Below are positions 1-12,390 of a DNA stretch of 64,000 nt, in pieces. Made by a program: the position numbers and the translations under genes. The stretch is from assembly GCA_010356995.1 (NCBI GenBank), contig ML996695.1, forward strand, positions 691,061-755,060, given 5' to 3'. How positions within the stretch are numbered: position 1 is the stretch's first letter; every line of letters begins with the position of its first letter. The stretch comes from Trichodelitschia bisporula. Its lineage: Eukaryota. The notes beneath the pieces were generated by a model. That model was not told where the DNA came from. It was given only the letters and a program-made list of their open reading frames with translations, and made no database searches.

Positions 1-3000
1 CGGGTGCAGTGAGCGCATCAATCGAGGCAAGTATTGGCAGGAAAGTCTCCCCGGAGTATCCTGGAGGGGCGAAAGGCTTCGGGATAGGTATTTAAGATGA
101 CGAGTGGCGCTGGGGCGGGCGTATGTCGTTAGATTCCGGTGAGGTCGTCTGGTGTGTGTGGCTGAATTCGAGGCTCGAGGTTTGACGATGAAGTTCGAGG
201 GTACAGGTAATGTGGATCTTTCACGCCAGGACGTTTGCGCTGACAAGGGAAAGACGGGCGCTCGGATCTCAATAGAGGTCGGAGATGAGGGGGCTTGGGA
301 CTGGAAGCCTACGAGGGAGGGGTGGGGAGGAGGGGTGTGAGAGTTGGTATGGGTAGTTGGGAGTTGCGGGGGGTTGGGATAATGGGGTGAGGGGTGTAGG
401 TAGGTAGAGAGGGTGGAAAATAATGAGAAACGGGGAGGCTGTCGAGATAACCGACAAGAAAACAAGCACCGACCAAGTGTGGAGAGAGAAGAAACTAGCA
501 CAGGGAAGATGGGAAATAGAGAGGACGATCATCAAGGGCGATGGACGAGTCTAGTGTCAAGAAATGGAACAAGCGCACGCGAGGAATTCCATATGTTCCC
601 TCTGCTAAGAAGCGGAATCATGACACTACTATGCAGGATACGTTTAGTTAGCAGCAGCAACAGCAGCAGCAGCCAGTATCTAGCACCCCCTCCCTCACCC
701 CAGCAGCAGTGGATATTGCGTTCAGAGTACGGATGTATCCAAATGCTTCTTTCACCATCTCAGATATCCTACTACCTCCGTAGTTCTAGAGCATATGCAT
801 TCGGCAACCATTTGGCCATCTAATGCCGGTTAAGAGGCGCCCTTGAGTCCTCTACGAATGCGCGTTGCAAGCTGTACGGATGTACGGGTAGGCCGCAGGC
901 CATCTCAGACTCTAGTCTAGATAGACTTCGACTTGCGGCTGGTGGCTTCTCCGTAGCATGCCTATCCAAGCACCTTGTCTACTGTCCTTCCCCTCCCCCA
1001 TCCCCTCCCCCCACACGCACTACAGCCAGCCCGTTTCTGGACCTTGATTCCCACAGAAGTGCAGAATCGGCCAAAACTCTCCCACCTGCCAACCACTTAC
1101 CTTAGCTTGTCGGCGGTTGAGGGCGTGAAAGAAGCGCCAGTGAGACGCCTCTAGCTACCATTACCTGACGTCTCAGCGGAGCACGAGGATATGGCCTGGG
1201 TCACGGCAGTTCCCAGCGAGCACCGTCATCCAGTCGCTCTCGTCGTGACCATATTGCCAGACCGACCGTTCTGAGCTGAACACTAGACTCACGCGCGTAT
1301 CCCGAATATACACATTGCGCACATACCACACCACACAGACGAATAATCCATCTGATGGGCGGAGCGGGTGAACCAAAGAAGGTGGTGGACGAGGTTGCGT
1401 TGCGTCTTGCAGTTACAGGCAGCTCGGGCCCCACCGACAATTGTAAACCGAGGCCGTTTTTTTTGACGCTCGGACGTTCAGATGTCTCGACCTCGATGCT
1501 GTGAATATGGCGACTCGAGTGGCCAAAGGGAGGGAAAGAAGAGCAAATACGGATGTGAACACTTGAACCAACGGTGTAAGCCGTTGCGGCGTGTGGAGAA
1601 AAGTCAAAGGAATATGCCCACTGTAACCTCAGGGCTCAACCCCCAGAGTCCTAGGGGGGCGACACGGTCACCACACCTTGCAGGGGGGGCTGATGTGGAA
1701 GTGGGACAAGGCCCCACGCTGCGCATCGAGATTTGCGATTCACGAAGCTGCAACTCACAACGATGTGGGCTTTCCAAGCAAACTGGTCATGCTGTAGCAA
1801 GCAAAAGCTCTCAGGCTGTTCGGCTCGCCTTGTCAAGCTTCATTTTCGCCCCCTTTTTTTGTTCCGGGCCCGCCACCATCATTGCGCGTCGTAGGGCATC
1901 GCGGTGGCAAGCTGCGAGGACCAAGTGATTGGGTTTGCTCGAAAAGAAGCCAGCTCTCCGCCTTCTAGCAACTTTGTGAACCGCTCTCCCCGGGGTGTCG
2001 GGGTGTCGCTGACCCCCGTTCGTACCGGTAAATGCGAACGCACCATCCCAGCGTCGCCCGGGTTTTGCAGCCTCCAAAGCGCCGACCAGCCCAGCAGAGC
2101 GAGTTGTCACCGCCGCTTCGTGGCACTTGATGATGGATCAATGTAGCGCATAGTATGAAGTGAACCCCATCTAATGCACCTGGCGCAGTAGGCAGTACAT
2201 GTCAGTTGCCGTGAGCTATGATTTGCAAGTAGAGGCAAGGTAGCCACCGGCCGCATGGGACACAGAGTCAGCGACACACGTTTTGAACATGTCCTGACAA
2301 ACTAGGTTGCTGCAGAGAACGATATTCTGGAAAGATGATAGATCCCCCATGCAGTGGTGGGATGCAGGGAGGCATGTGATGCGAGGGCATCCACTATCCA
2401 GGAACCGCCTTCCTGTTACTTGCTCCTAAGTCTACAGGATTACACACTCGTTATGCAACTTGCTGCACCGCTGCATCTATTGCCTGCGTGAGCCGACGAA
2501 TCATAATTCTCTCATGACCGGACCCCACAGGTGAGGTACGTTGTACGTTGGCGGAGAGGAACCTGTTGAGGTCGGCGCCTTGGGCGCCCATAGTCATCCT
2601 CTTTCGTCATCCTAAGGAGCCGGTGGTCTGTGGTCTCATATCCTCCGAGCGGTTAAGGGTATATCTTCGTTGTCGGAGGTCAGTCCATCACCGTGCTCTG
2701 GACGTTGACAAGATCGAATGCTGAACGCCTCAGCCTGCAACCTACAGCCTCATAGACGGTCTCAGCGGAAGGGCGTCGTCTCATTCGCTCGGGGAAATTC
2801 GACACAATACGGCGCCAATGACGTGCCGCAGCGGAGACAACGGGGAGATCCCGGGATGGGCGTCGAGATTGGGAGAGACGACCGGATCGCCGTGCATTCT
2901 CATTCAGCCAAAGGCCAGCGCCCAGCGGATACCTGGCTGTCGGTCAGGTATGCTAACCTCCCCAAAGGGCCTCTTGGCGCGCGCGTGGCGCAGCGTGGGG

Positions 3001-4825
3001 CATATCAGGAAGGCCTGACGAAAGCCCACGCAAACTTCCATGCTTTGCCGACCATAAACATGCCATTCCTCGCAAACGAGTCCACATCGCTGGTGTAGGC
3101 CATCATTTCCGAATCCAATAGTGCCCGATATCGTGCCACGCGCTGGGCCATTCCAATGGCTGCGTAGAAAGTCGAGTCGTGAGAAATGAGATGTTCATGC
3201 GACGAAATTGGAGAACATTGCTGCTGCGAGGTTGACAGGTGATGAGCGCCAGGGCTTGAAGGGGAAGTCTTCTAGAAGAGGCACGGAGGCACGGGCTTTG
3301 CGTGGGGGGTCTAACTTCTGGCGGGAAGTTGGCGTCTTGACGCGCAGCGGGAGCGGGTTAGAGGCGGCATCAACCCTGAATCTGCGCCATTATGCGACCA
3401 CTATTAGGAGAAGTGGTCAGGGTAAAAGATCCTCTTCTTCGGCGAGCCCGTTGACATGTTGATCCGTTGACGTCGTTCCGTATCGTCATGGACGCCTCCA
3501 ACTCTTTGGGGGTAGGATACGGCGGGATAGGCAGGACCTGCCCTCCGTCGTTGCAACCTCGGCTTCATCTCGCGTGCCTCCAAGACCAGTGAGTGTTCCT
3601 GGGGCGTTGCAGCGCAAGGAAGGTCGACACGAGAGAGGCACGAGAGGATCACGAAAGGCGGCAGGGACTGCCGTGTCAGCATGTCAGCAGGTCGCGGGAG
3701 AGACAAGATGCACAAAGAAGACTCCAAACAGAGCAATATGTGATGCTCTTCGTCCATGTACGATGTTATGATTTGCCGTCAAGTCCAAATTGCATCTCCA
3801 CAGTGGCGCCGTGCGTAAGCGCCTAAGGCACTTCTTGAATGTTAGTCAGCATGTGTCCGGTGGCGGACAAGCATGTGACTTTTCGTCATCGATTGTGGCA
3901 GTGCAGGCGCACTCGGCACGTCTTCGGAGCCGAGATAGACCAGCCAGCTCGGGATGGCAACCACGATTGTGGGGGTAAGGTCAACACCAAGGTGGCATCG
4001 CCATTCGCATTACGGCCATCCTATCGTATCTTGATATCGTAGGCCACTGATACCTCTACGCTCTGTCAGCATTCTCGCCTCACTCTTTTGTTCTCACGTC
4101 ACGTAAAGCATCAAAGGACGACTCACCCTACCTAGCTAAAGTTACCATCTGAAGCTTAACAACAGTACACTAGTTGCCGGTCCTTGTAGATATGATGATG
4201 TGAAGCTTTAGCGGTGAAGGAGCAGGGCCCCATCCCAGACTAAAGGGTGCAGCTGGGAGTGGCGCGATAGGATAACACTTTGGTTTCCTTCTTGCGTGCT
4301 GCGTCGAAGGCTCACTATCTAGGCAGCAAGAGGCAACTCGCATCAACCCCTAGGTAAAGGCCAAGGGCAGCGCTAACCATCGGCGAACCCGCCTCACCAA
4401 TGGAGCAGAGGCGGATAGCGAGGCGGTGTCGGGTAGGCATCACGATAAAGCAACAGCGATGCTAATGAGAACAATGTGCGGTCACTGGCCAAAGGGGCAC
4501 CATACGGAGACATCCTGATATACAAGTGCATTCTAGTTACTCTACGCAACAGAATGGATCAAGATTGCTTTGCACAACTGATGTACATGCCGTGTACGCC
4601 TGCCTCTTGGCAGGGTCAAAGAGAAGGTGTTCTACAAAATCGCCATCTCAGCGAAAGGCCATGTGCAGAGAACACAAAAACCAAAACTTAGGGTATCTTC
4701 CTGGCGAAGCCAAAGAGAATCCACTCTATCCCGAAAGCCCAACCCTAACCAAACCCGAGTGCCGAATTGTGTACTCTACCCGAATGAAATCCAAAGCCCT
4801 AACCTGAACTCCAAACTATCAGTGT

Positions 4826-6277
4826 TCAACCCATCAGCTGCCTGGGATGTCTCCGCGCGTGCACCCTCCTCCATCCACCTAACCCCCTCTGTCCATCAGC
4901 AGCACCAGGGATCGATGTTGGCCGAGCTCCACGAAGCGTGCGCCACGCGGGGCCCCCGCCCCTCTGCGAGCTCCGTGGAACGACGAGGTCGGTCCCGGGA
5001 GCGGAAGCAATGAAGCCAGAGCTTGTATTGGGGAACGGAGTCGGGGCGCTGGGATTGGGCTGGACGGCAGACAGCGGCGTGGTGGGACCACCAGACGCGG
5101 CAGTGGGCAAAGAGTTCACGTTGCCGTTGCCGCCGTTAGGGTGCGTGAACGGAGTGCCATCAGTGCCACCGAATGGGTTGCCGCTGGCGGCGAAGCTTGG
5201 GACGGCTGGGGTTCCATGAGATTTGGTGGGGTTGGCGCTGGGGAAGCCCGTGCCCGGGAAGGCGGTCGGGACGGCCTTCGAGCTGGATGTCGGGGCGGCG
5301 GATGGAGTGCTAGATCCACTCGCACGCGCGCCAGGCTGGAACACCTTCACGTAGTTCACGAGCCAGTACGCCTCTTTGAAGGCCGCGGGATTGTTGGCCA
5401 CGTAGTCATTGCAAGTCGCTGCCTTCTGGCTGCACACGGCGTCCGAACCCCAGACACCGGCATCGCCAGCCCACTGGCCGCAGAAGGTGGTGTCGAAAAT
5501 TATGGTCTGTTGTTGAATGGCCTTGGTGAAATCGCAAGAACCCTGGAAATGCGCCTGCGGAATGCCCCAGCCCGAAGGGTCTGGGTTGCCGTAGGTGATG
5601 TCTGCGGGAATCGCGTTGCGAGGGAAGTGGTAGACGGAAATGGAATCCGATGTCCACAACGTCGCATAAACACCACCGCCTACGGCGTTGAAGCCATCCC
5701 CATAGGTGGTAGTGTCATGGGAGTCGATAGCACAGCCCACGTTGGTGCCTTGGCCAGGCGCGTGGATGTCGCAGTTGGTCGTACGTACCGTGCCAGCCAT
5801 ATTGCTCGTCTTGGTGATAGAGCAGCCGGGGTTGGTGTGCAGCGTCATCGCGTTGGTTTTCCCGGAGTTGACGCCTTCGATGATGTCGATTTCACCGTTT
5901 GAAGGCCAGTTGGGGCCGATGGTCCAGTACGCCGGCCACGCGCCGCAGATGCTACCCGGCATGTGCGCGATATCAGCGATGATAAGCCCGCCCGTATAAG
6001 TCTTTTTGGACTCGAGGCGCAGACTCGGGCGGCCTTGGGGCGTGACGTTGATGTGGTCGACGCCAAGATAGGCGCCGGATGCATTGTTCATGATTAGACC
6101 GGCGGACTGCGCCGACGGACGGTCGAGCATCTTGACGAAGCCCTCGGTTGGGTCCGGTCCGGAGTAGAAATTGAACATGTCAAAGAAATTCGAAGGGTTG
6201 TACTCATCCTGGAGGACATAGCCAGCTAGTCCTGTTGGGATGGAGGAGAGGGCAACGATCAACGCTGAGAAATGCAT
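4826..6277 (-). CDS. Secreted GH16 endo-1,3(4)-beta-glucanase (fungal Lam16A-like) with Ser/Thr/Pro-rich tail
   Basis: Intronless ORF; likely start ATG at 6277 (MHFSALIVALSSIPTGLAG signal peptide). Contains GH16 catalytic motif GEIDIIEG, CGAWPAYW, DPTEGFV, GGGVYA and DTTFCGQWAG. Confidence 0.92.
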   Translation of the reverse strand: MHFSALIVALSSIPTGLAGYVLQDEYNPSNFFDMFNFYSGPDPTEGFVKMLDRPSAQSAGLIMNNASGAYLGVDHINVTPQGRPSLRLESKKTYTGGLIIADIAHMPGSICGAWPAYWTIGPNWPSNGEIDIIEGVNSGKTNAMTLHTNPGCSITKTSNMAGTVRTTNCDIHAPGQGTNVGCAIDSHDTTTYGDGFNAVGGGVYATLWTSDSISVYHFPRNAIPADITYGNPDPSGWGIPQAHFQGSCDFTKAIQQQTIIFDTTFCGQWAGDAGVWGSDAVCSQKAATCNDYVANNPAAFKEAYWLVNYVKVFQPGARASGSSTPSAAPTSSSKAVPTAFPGTGFPSANPTKSHGTPAVPSFAASGNPFGGTDGTPFTHPNGGNGNVNSLPTAASGGPTTPLSAVQPNPSAPTPFPNTSSGFIASAPGTDLVVPRSSQRGGGPAWRTLRGARPTSIPGAADGQRGLGGWRRVHARRHPRQLMG

Positions 6278-8659
6278 TTTGGAAAGGACAGTGATGGCGC
6301 AGAACCTGGCGCCTGAGTAGAGACGGTAGAGAAGAGGAAAAAGGAAAAGCGCTTCCCTGGATATTGGGATGCGGTATGTTCTGATATTCCGATTTGGGAT
6401 GGATGTGAGGCAGATCAACTGGGGGGGTGGGCGACAAGGCCTGATATACCTTTCGCGGGGCGGTATGCTAGGATGGCAATATGTTTGCTCCTCCTCTCAC
6501 ATTGAGTGCCTCCGCCATCACTATAGGACCCTTTGTTGGATCCCCTCTCGGGGAGTGCGGAGGACGGGGTCCTCAGGGACGCGAGGCAGCCGAGTGGAGT
6601 GGGGACGCGGAGAAGCTCCTAAGCTTTCGGGTAACCTAGGCTAGGGGTCCAGGTACAGTATCCAGAGGGACCTTAGGGGAGACGGAGAGCCATTGCTACC
6701 GAAACTCCACCATGAGGGGTGGATTGCGATGGGGGACAAGCACGGTTTAGCGTGCACCAGTCAAACAGTGCAAGCCGCGACCCTGTTTGATACTCAGCGC
6801 GGCATGGCTGCAAGTGCAGCATGTAGATGGCGCATGATACGTTGCGCGCCAGCTGAAGGCGAGAAAAGAGAAACAGCTTGCGGGATGTTTGCACGACGAA
6901 TAGTACGAAGTAGAGGCGGAGGGACTGGAACTATGCAGACAAAGGGAGTGTGCCGGCGGTTCATCAGCGAGGAAAGAGGCTCAATGAACCAACACAAAGC
7001 GTCGTTGGTGCTAAGCTTTTCCCCTGGCGCAAGCCCTATTCGCCCTGCCACAGCCCAAGGCGGCGCCCCCTATCCCCAGGACTCGTTTCAGATGCCTCTC
7101 AGGGACAACTTTTACGCGGCGCCAGGTAGCGCGACAGCTGTCACTGGACGCATCATTGGACAAGACCGGAGATTTAGATCCCACGGGGTCTTTAACCTTG
7201 TCCGTCGGTCTGGAACATCAGATAGGCGTAAAGGGGTCCGTGGCCAACGGTCCCAGACCCCCCACCAAAAAAAGGGTGATATCTAGGGACGTGCATCCCG
7301 CAGTACCCTTCCGCGTTTGGGGCGTGCTGTAGGGTATGGTACGGAGTATGGCGCCGGTTAAGTCCCTTTCCGCGATAAGCTTCTTTTCTCTCCTGGGCCC
7401 TGGATTGTTCGCTTCGCCTTCGGAACTTCGGCAAAAATGAGTCAGGGCACTCGCGTTTTGGCGGACCAACCCCGATAGCGGGTGGCGTCACCTTTCGCCA
7501 ATCGCCTTCGGGAGCAGCCGAGAGCCAAATCTTATTGCGTCCCCGAGCCGAGTGCGGGGTTCCTCCGGAGCGGGGTCAGTTTCGTTATCGGGTCCAGTAT
7601 GTAGGAGCTGGGGCATCTGGTCATCTTGGATTTTCGCCTTCATCGCCTCGCACTCTCCGCTGGATACCCCACTCCATTGGTACGAGTATGTGTGGGGGCG
7701 GGCGGCGGGAGTGGGTACGACCGAAACTCTGCGAGGGGCAACTGACCCGTCCGTGGAGGAGAGATAGTATCGGTCGAAAAAGGCGGCATGTATGGTTGGT
7801 TTGGGAGGGAAACACTTGCCTGCAGTCAATTCTGAGGTATCACGAGTCTTGGCGATGCTGTGACCGTTACCCAAGCAACGTGTTACAACTGCACGATGTG
7901 CAAGGCTTCCCTGACATCTTCCAGAAGCATGTCACATTGCGACGGTTTACATGTTTCCATGTATCAGTTTGCATGGAATTCCCAGCTCCGTTTCCTAGAC
8001 ACGCGACAGCTTTATGACCGAGCCAACCGGATACAAACAATCTAGAGATGATTACGAGCCAATTACCAACACCTCAAACACGTCAAACCAACAAAACTCC
8101 CCCTCAACCATGCGCTAAATCTGAACAAATGTTCAAAGCTCCAAAGAAAATCGCTTACAACATATGCATTTCCGCCAAATCTCGCACCGCTTCATGCAAA
8201 ACGTCGCCCAGCATCCGTCTTTTTCTTTGCGTCAAGTAGTTCATCGGAGTAGCATGGCACACAAAGGCTGATGAACTGCTCGAACCCCCTACAGTAACGG
8301 TTACCACGCCACCACCACCTCCACCGGATGCCGTAACAGTTATTGGCGGCGCGATCTGGGTGACCACTTCTGTGAAGGACTGTGACAAGAGTGCACAATA
8401 AACACGGTCACCGAATGTAGCGTAGTCACTTGCTGAAATGGTTGTAGGGACGGAAACAGATGTCATGATGGTGGTTTGGACAGTGGAGATCGAGGTTACT
8501 GTGGCCGTGACCGTTTGCTGGCTAACCACAGTGAGGTATTGGATGGTAATGACTATCGAGGGAACGACGGAAGTATAGATCTCGGTGATAGTGCCGAATA
8601 CAGTGGTCGGGAGGCCGGGACCAGTTCCGGGTCCCGTGCCTTGCGTTACTGTCACAACG

Positions 8660-8896
8660 CCGGTCCCGGGTCCAGTACCAGGTCCAGTACCAGATCAAGT
8701 GCCAGGCCCAGTACCAGGCCCAGTGCCAGGCCCAGTACCTCCTCCAGTGCCCGGTCCAGTGCCTGATCCAGTACCTTCTTCAGTTCCTGGTCCAGTACCT
8801 TCTCCAGTACCTGGTCCAGTGCCGGGGCCAGTGCCAGGGCAAGTACCGGGGCCGGGGCCAGGACCGGTGCCAGGACCGGTGCTAGGTCCCGTTCCA
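8660..8896 (-). repeat. Coding 12-bp tandem repeat encoding (GTGP)n
   Basis: About 19 degenerate GGN-ACN-GGN-CCN units inside the GH16-PAN gene; one GGA appears as TGA at 8697-8695. Confidence 0.9.
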
Positions 8897-11800
8897 GAGA
8901 ATTGAACAAATGAAGTTGAAAATGAAGAAGATATCGCCGAAGAAGGAGAAAATGATTCCGAAGAAAAGGACGAACTCAGAGGAGAAGTGACTACACTAAT
9001 GCTGACGCTGATACTCGAATTACTGACTGGATCCTGCATTGTCACCAACTTGGCGCTGTCCACACCACGCCTCAGCTGCGGTACCGCAGCTTGCGATTTC
9101 AAAGCAATTGACCCCCGGAGTCGGCTCGTAAAAGGAAACCCCGCGACACGGACTCCCGACCTGGAAGTGTTGGATATTGTACACGTCACAGGCCGTGTTG
9201 CAGTCGCCGAGGCTGGCTTGGTGCTGCACGTCAATATCGGGATCTAAGTACTCGACGCTGCAGTATATTTCGTACACCATGCCTGAATAGTCAGTATATC
9301 GTCGACCGACAGGCTCATCGGGGCAGTTGGGGAGGTCTGACAATCCGCCCGTCACGCTTGACGTTAGGGTATTGGAAACGGTGCTCATTTGGCTGCCGGT
9401 TGGAGAGGCGGTGATGCTGGTGAGAACGCAACTACAGGGAACAACTACAACTGTTGGTGTAAGAAAGCAATCGTGGCAGAGTGATCCGTACATGTTCCCT
9501 GCGCAAGCTGCGGAGCTTGAGCTGACTGGGCCTGAGCTCGAGATTGTCGTTGAGACCAAGGCCGTTTCCACACAGCTTGATGAGCTTGGGCACTCCGTGA
9601 CTAACAATGTCGCGAACACTGTTGTCGTCATTCGTGGTGGCGCTGCACATATGGAGTGCGTGAGAGTAACGGTGCTCATTGGATGCCTTGAGCATACATG
9701 CACGGAATCGTTTCAGTGATGGTGTACGTAATGGCGCGTGGAGTGCCATTGCACATGCCGGATGTGGTTGCTGCTCTATGTCAGACCATTCGAAAAATAA
9801 GAAGGATGAACTTACACATATATGTCGATATCGAGCTGGTGGATAGCGATGACGACGTCATGGTGCTCATTGAATTAATGGCAGTCCCAGTAATTGTGCC
9901 GCTCATTGGAATCCTTGTCGACACACTTGTCGACATGCTTGACGAGGATCCCGGGGTCTGCAATATGATCGCGATGTTTGCCATATCGAGAGTCGGGAAG
10001 ATGTTCGTGTTTACACAAGTCTCAACGAATTGGATGGTGGTGTTGGTCGAAGCTGGTGTGATTACGTTGGTCACATATTTGACATAGGTGGAACTGATTG
10101 CGCCGAGATTAAGTGAGAAAACCTCCCGCCCATCATATAGGACCGTGAGAAGACATCCGCTGGCCAACTGGCGCCTCATCTTCCCGAAGTAGAAATCGGC
10201 ATTTCTCGCCATGAACGTGATGGTTTGCGGCGTATCCGTGGGTGTTCCGTTGACCGGGATGGTCAGTTCTCCACTGATTATTTCGGGGTCGGGCATGAAC
10301 TGTGCAAATGATCCACCCGTTGCTGGATCATTCAGAACTTGGACAATGGGGCTCAAAGTAGCCGTTGAAAGGTCGACAGTGGAGGCTATAGGTGAGGAGG
10401 TAGAAGCTGAAGAAAAAACCATCGTGGAAGAGAAAGACGAAGTTGATTGAACAGAGCTTACGGCGCCGGATCCTGTGGAGCTTCCAGGAAGAACTGTGAC
10501 GGTGCCAATCGTTGATCCCAAATCACTAACAGATGATGAGTATCCCAGAGCTGTTTGACTACCCTGAGTTCCAGATGACACTGGGCTTGCCGGAATTGAG
10601 GACGACGTTAGCAAAGAGGCGCTGCTCGATAGCGGTGATGCGCTTGAAGTAGTTTGAAAAGATGATGTGCCGGAGATCTGAGATCCTGTGTTTGTGGATG
10701 TTCCAGAAGTCCCTGTTTGGGAGGTGCTCCCAGCTGATGAACTTGCAATGGATGAAGAACCCAGCAAAAGCGAGTTTGTGGAGCTTCCAGTGGACGAACT
10801 CGTCCTCGAAGAAGATCCCACATGGGAGGTGGGGATCGAGTAAGAGCCTCCACTCGAAGATCCTGCGGTTGGAGAAGAACTCCTAGCCGAAGAACTTACG
10901 ATTGATGGAGAGCTGACAGTTGAAGAACTCAGGGCTGATGAAGAGCTGGCAGTTGAAGAGCTCAGGACTGATGTAGAGCTGATAGTTGAAGAACTCAGGG
11001 CTGAAGTGGAGCTGACAGTCGAGGAGCTAAGGGATGAAGAAAATATGACATCTGAAGAGCTTTGCGATGAAGAGCTCGCAATCTACGAAGAGCTTCCAAC
11101 TAAACTCGATCCCGACAAATGGAGACTCCGCGAGGATGAGCTGCTTGATATCGATGCCGAGCTTGTCGCTTGAGAGCTCACAATCAACGTGGAAGTTCCA
11201 GCCTGTGATGTCGTTCCGCTCGTCGTCTGGGAGCTTAAGGTTTGTGATGATGCACCGCTCGATGTCTGTCCTGAACTGGTTGAAGTTCGCGAGCTTGACG
11301 AAGATGAAACAGAGCTGCTGGAAAGGTTGCTAGGGGCGGCCATCTGAGAATTAGAGACTCCCAAACTGCTCTTTTGGCTTGAACTAGCAAGCGTGCTAGT
11401 GGTCGATGAAGAAGACGAAGATATCAAGGACATAGAGCTGCTACTGCTCGGCAAGACAATAAGCCGGGCCGCTTGCACTCCAGCGTTGACACTCCATGTC
11501 CCAATCGTGGCTTGAGGTAACATTCTCTAGCCGCCAAATTCACACCAGCGCAGCCGGCAGTTGACGCGCAGCGATCGATGCAAGTCTGGAACGATGCTGC
11601 CGATTGGCCGGTGTTAGCCATGTTGCCAGAAGAGTAATTGATCCCACAATCGATATGGAAGGTGCCCGCGACAGTAACGTAGTCCGTTTGGTTAGACTGC
11701 AGGCAGATGGGTACTGTGGCAGACGGAGAAGCCGAGCTTGATGTCGTCGTCATTGAGAAGGACATTTGACAGGCTGCCCTGCATGCTTGAGGTTTGGCTC

Positions 11801-12282
11801 AGGGGCGTACTCTGTGAAGACGTAGACGAAGGCAGGATGTTCGAGGATTGCATAATCGAAGCCGTTCTACTCGACGATTGGGTTGTGGGCGACGGAACGA
11901 GGCTGGTCGGTGTTCCCGACGACGTTGGGGAAAGCGAGGATGAGGACGACATCCCAGAGGACGAACTGGAACCTACGCTAGTCGATGATGTTACAGAGGT
12001 AGTGGAGCTGCTGGTAGAAGCTGTTGACAATGATGGACTCGTTGAGGACGCAGATGATGTTGATGACAGGGAAGATGCTGTGGACGATGCCAATGAAGAG
12101 GTCGCAACAGACAAACTAACACTTGACGTTTGCGAAGAACTCGAAGGGCTTGAGATCGTCTGGCTATTGGAGGCCGAGGAAGATGTAGATGATGCGGTAG
12201 AGCTTGATGCCGTTGAAGTCGAGCTGGAAGACTGTCCAATGGTGCTTGAAGATTGAGTGGTAGATGTCGAATATGAAAGCGC

Positions 12283-12390
12283 CGAGATTGACGATTGCAC
12301 ACTTGAAATCGAGGACTGAACACTCGAAATGGACGATTACACACTCGATATCGACGACTGTACGCTTGAAATCGACGATTGCACGGAAGA
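12283..12390 (-). repeat. Coding 21-bp tandem repeat encoding (VQSSISS)n
   Basis: Five heptad units; the third has TAA where sister units have CAA/CAG. Confidence 0.85.

Noticed and set aside
1..535. Short ORFs at the left edge
   Set aside because: Low-complexity translations; more likely the CT-rich leader of a minus-strand gene outside the window, which cannot be confirmed here.
4735..4805. Telomere-like AACCCTAACC
   Set aside because: Fewer than two units, within a C/A-rich 3' flank; not an interstitial telomere array.
8585..8905. Plus-strand (PVPG)n elastin-like ORF
   Set aside because: It is the antisense reading of the (GTGP)n repeat in the minus-strand GH16-PAN gene.
11738..12256. 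Acidic Glu/Asp-rich plus-strand ORFs (also 12955-13140 and 13353-13574)
   Set aside because: Antisense shadows of Ser/Thr-rich coding sequence.
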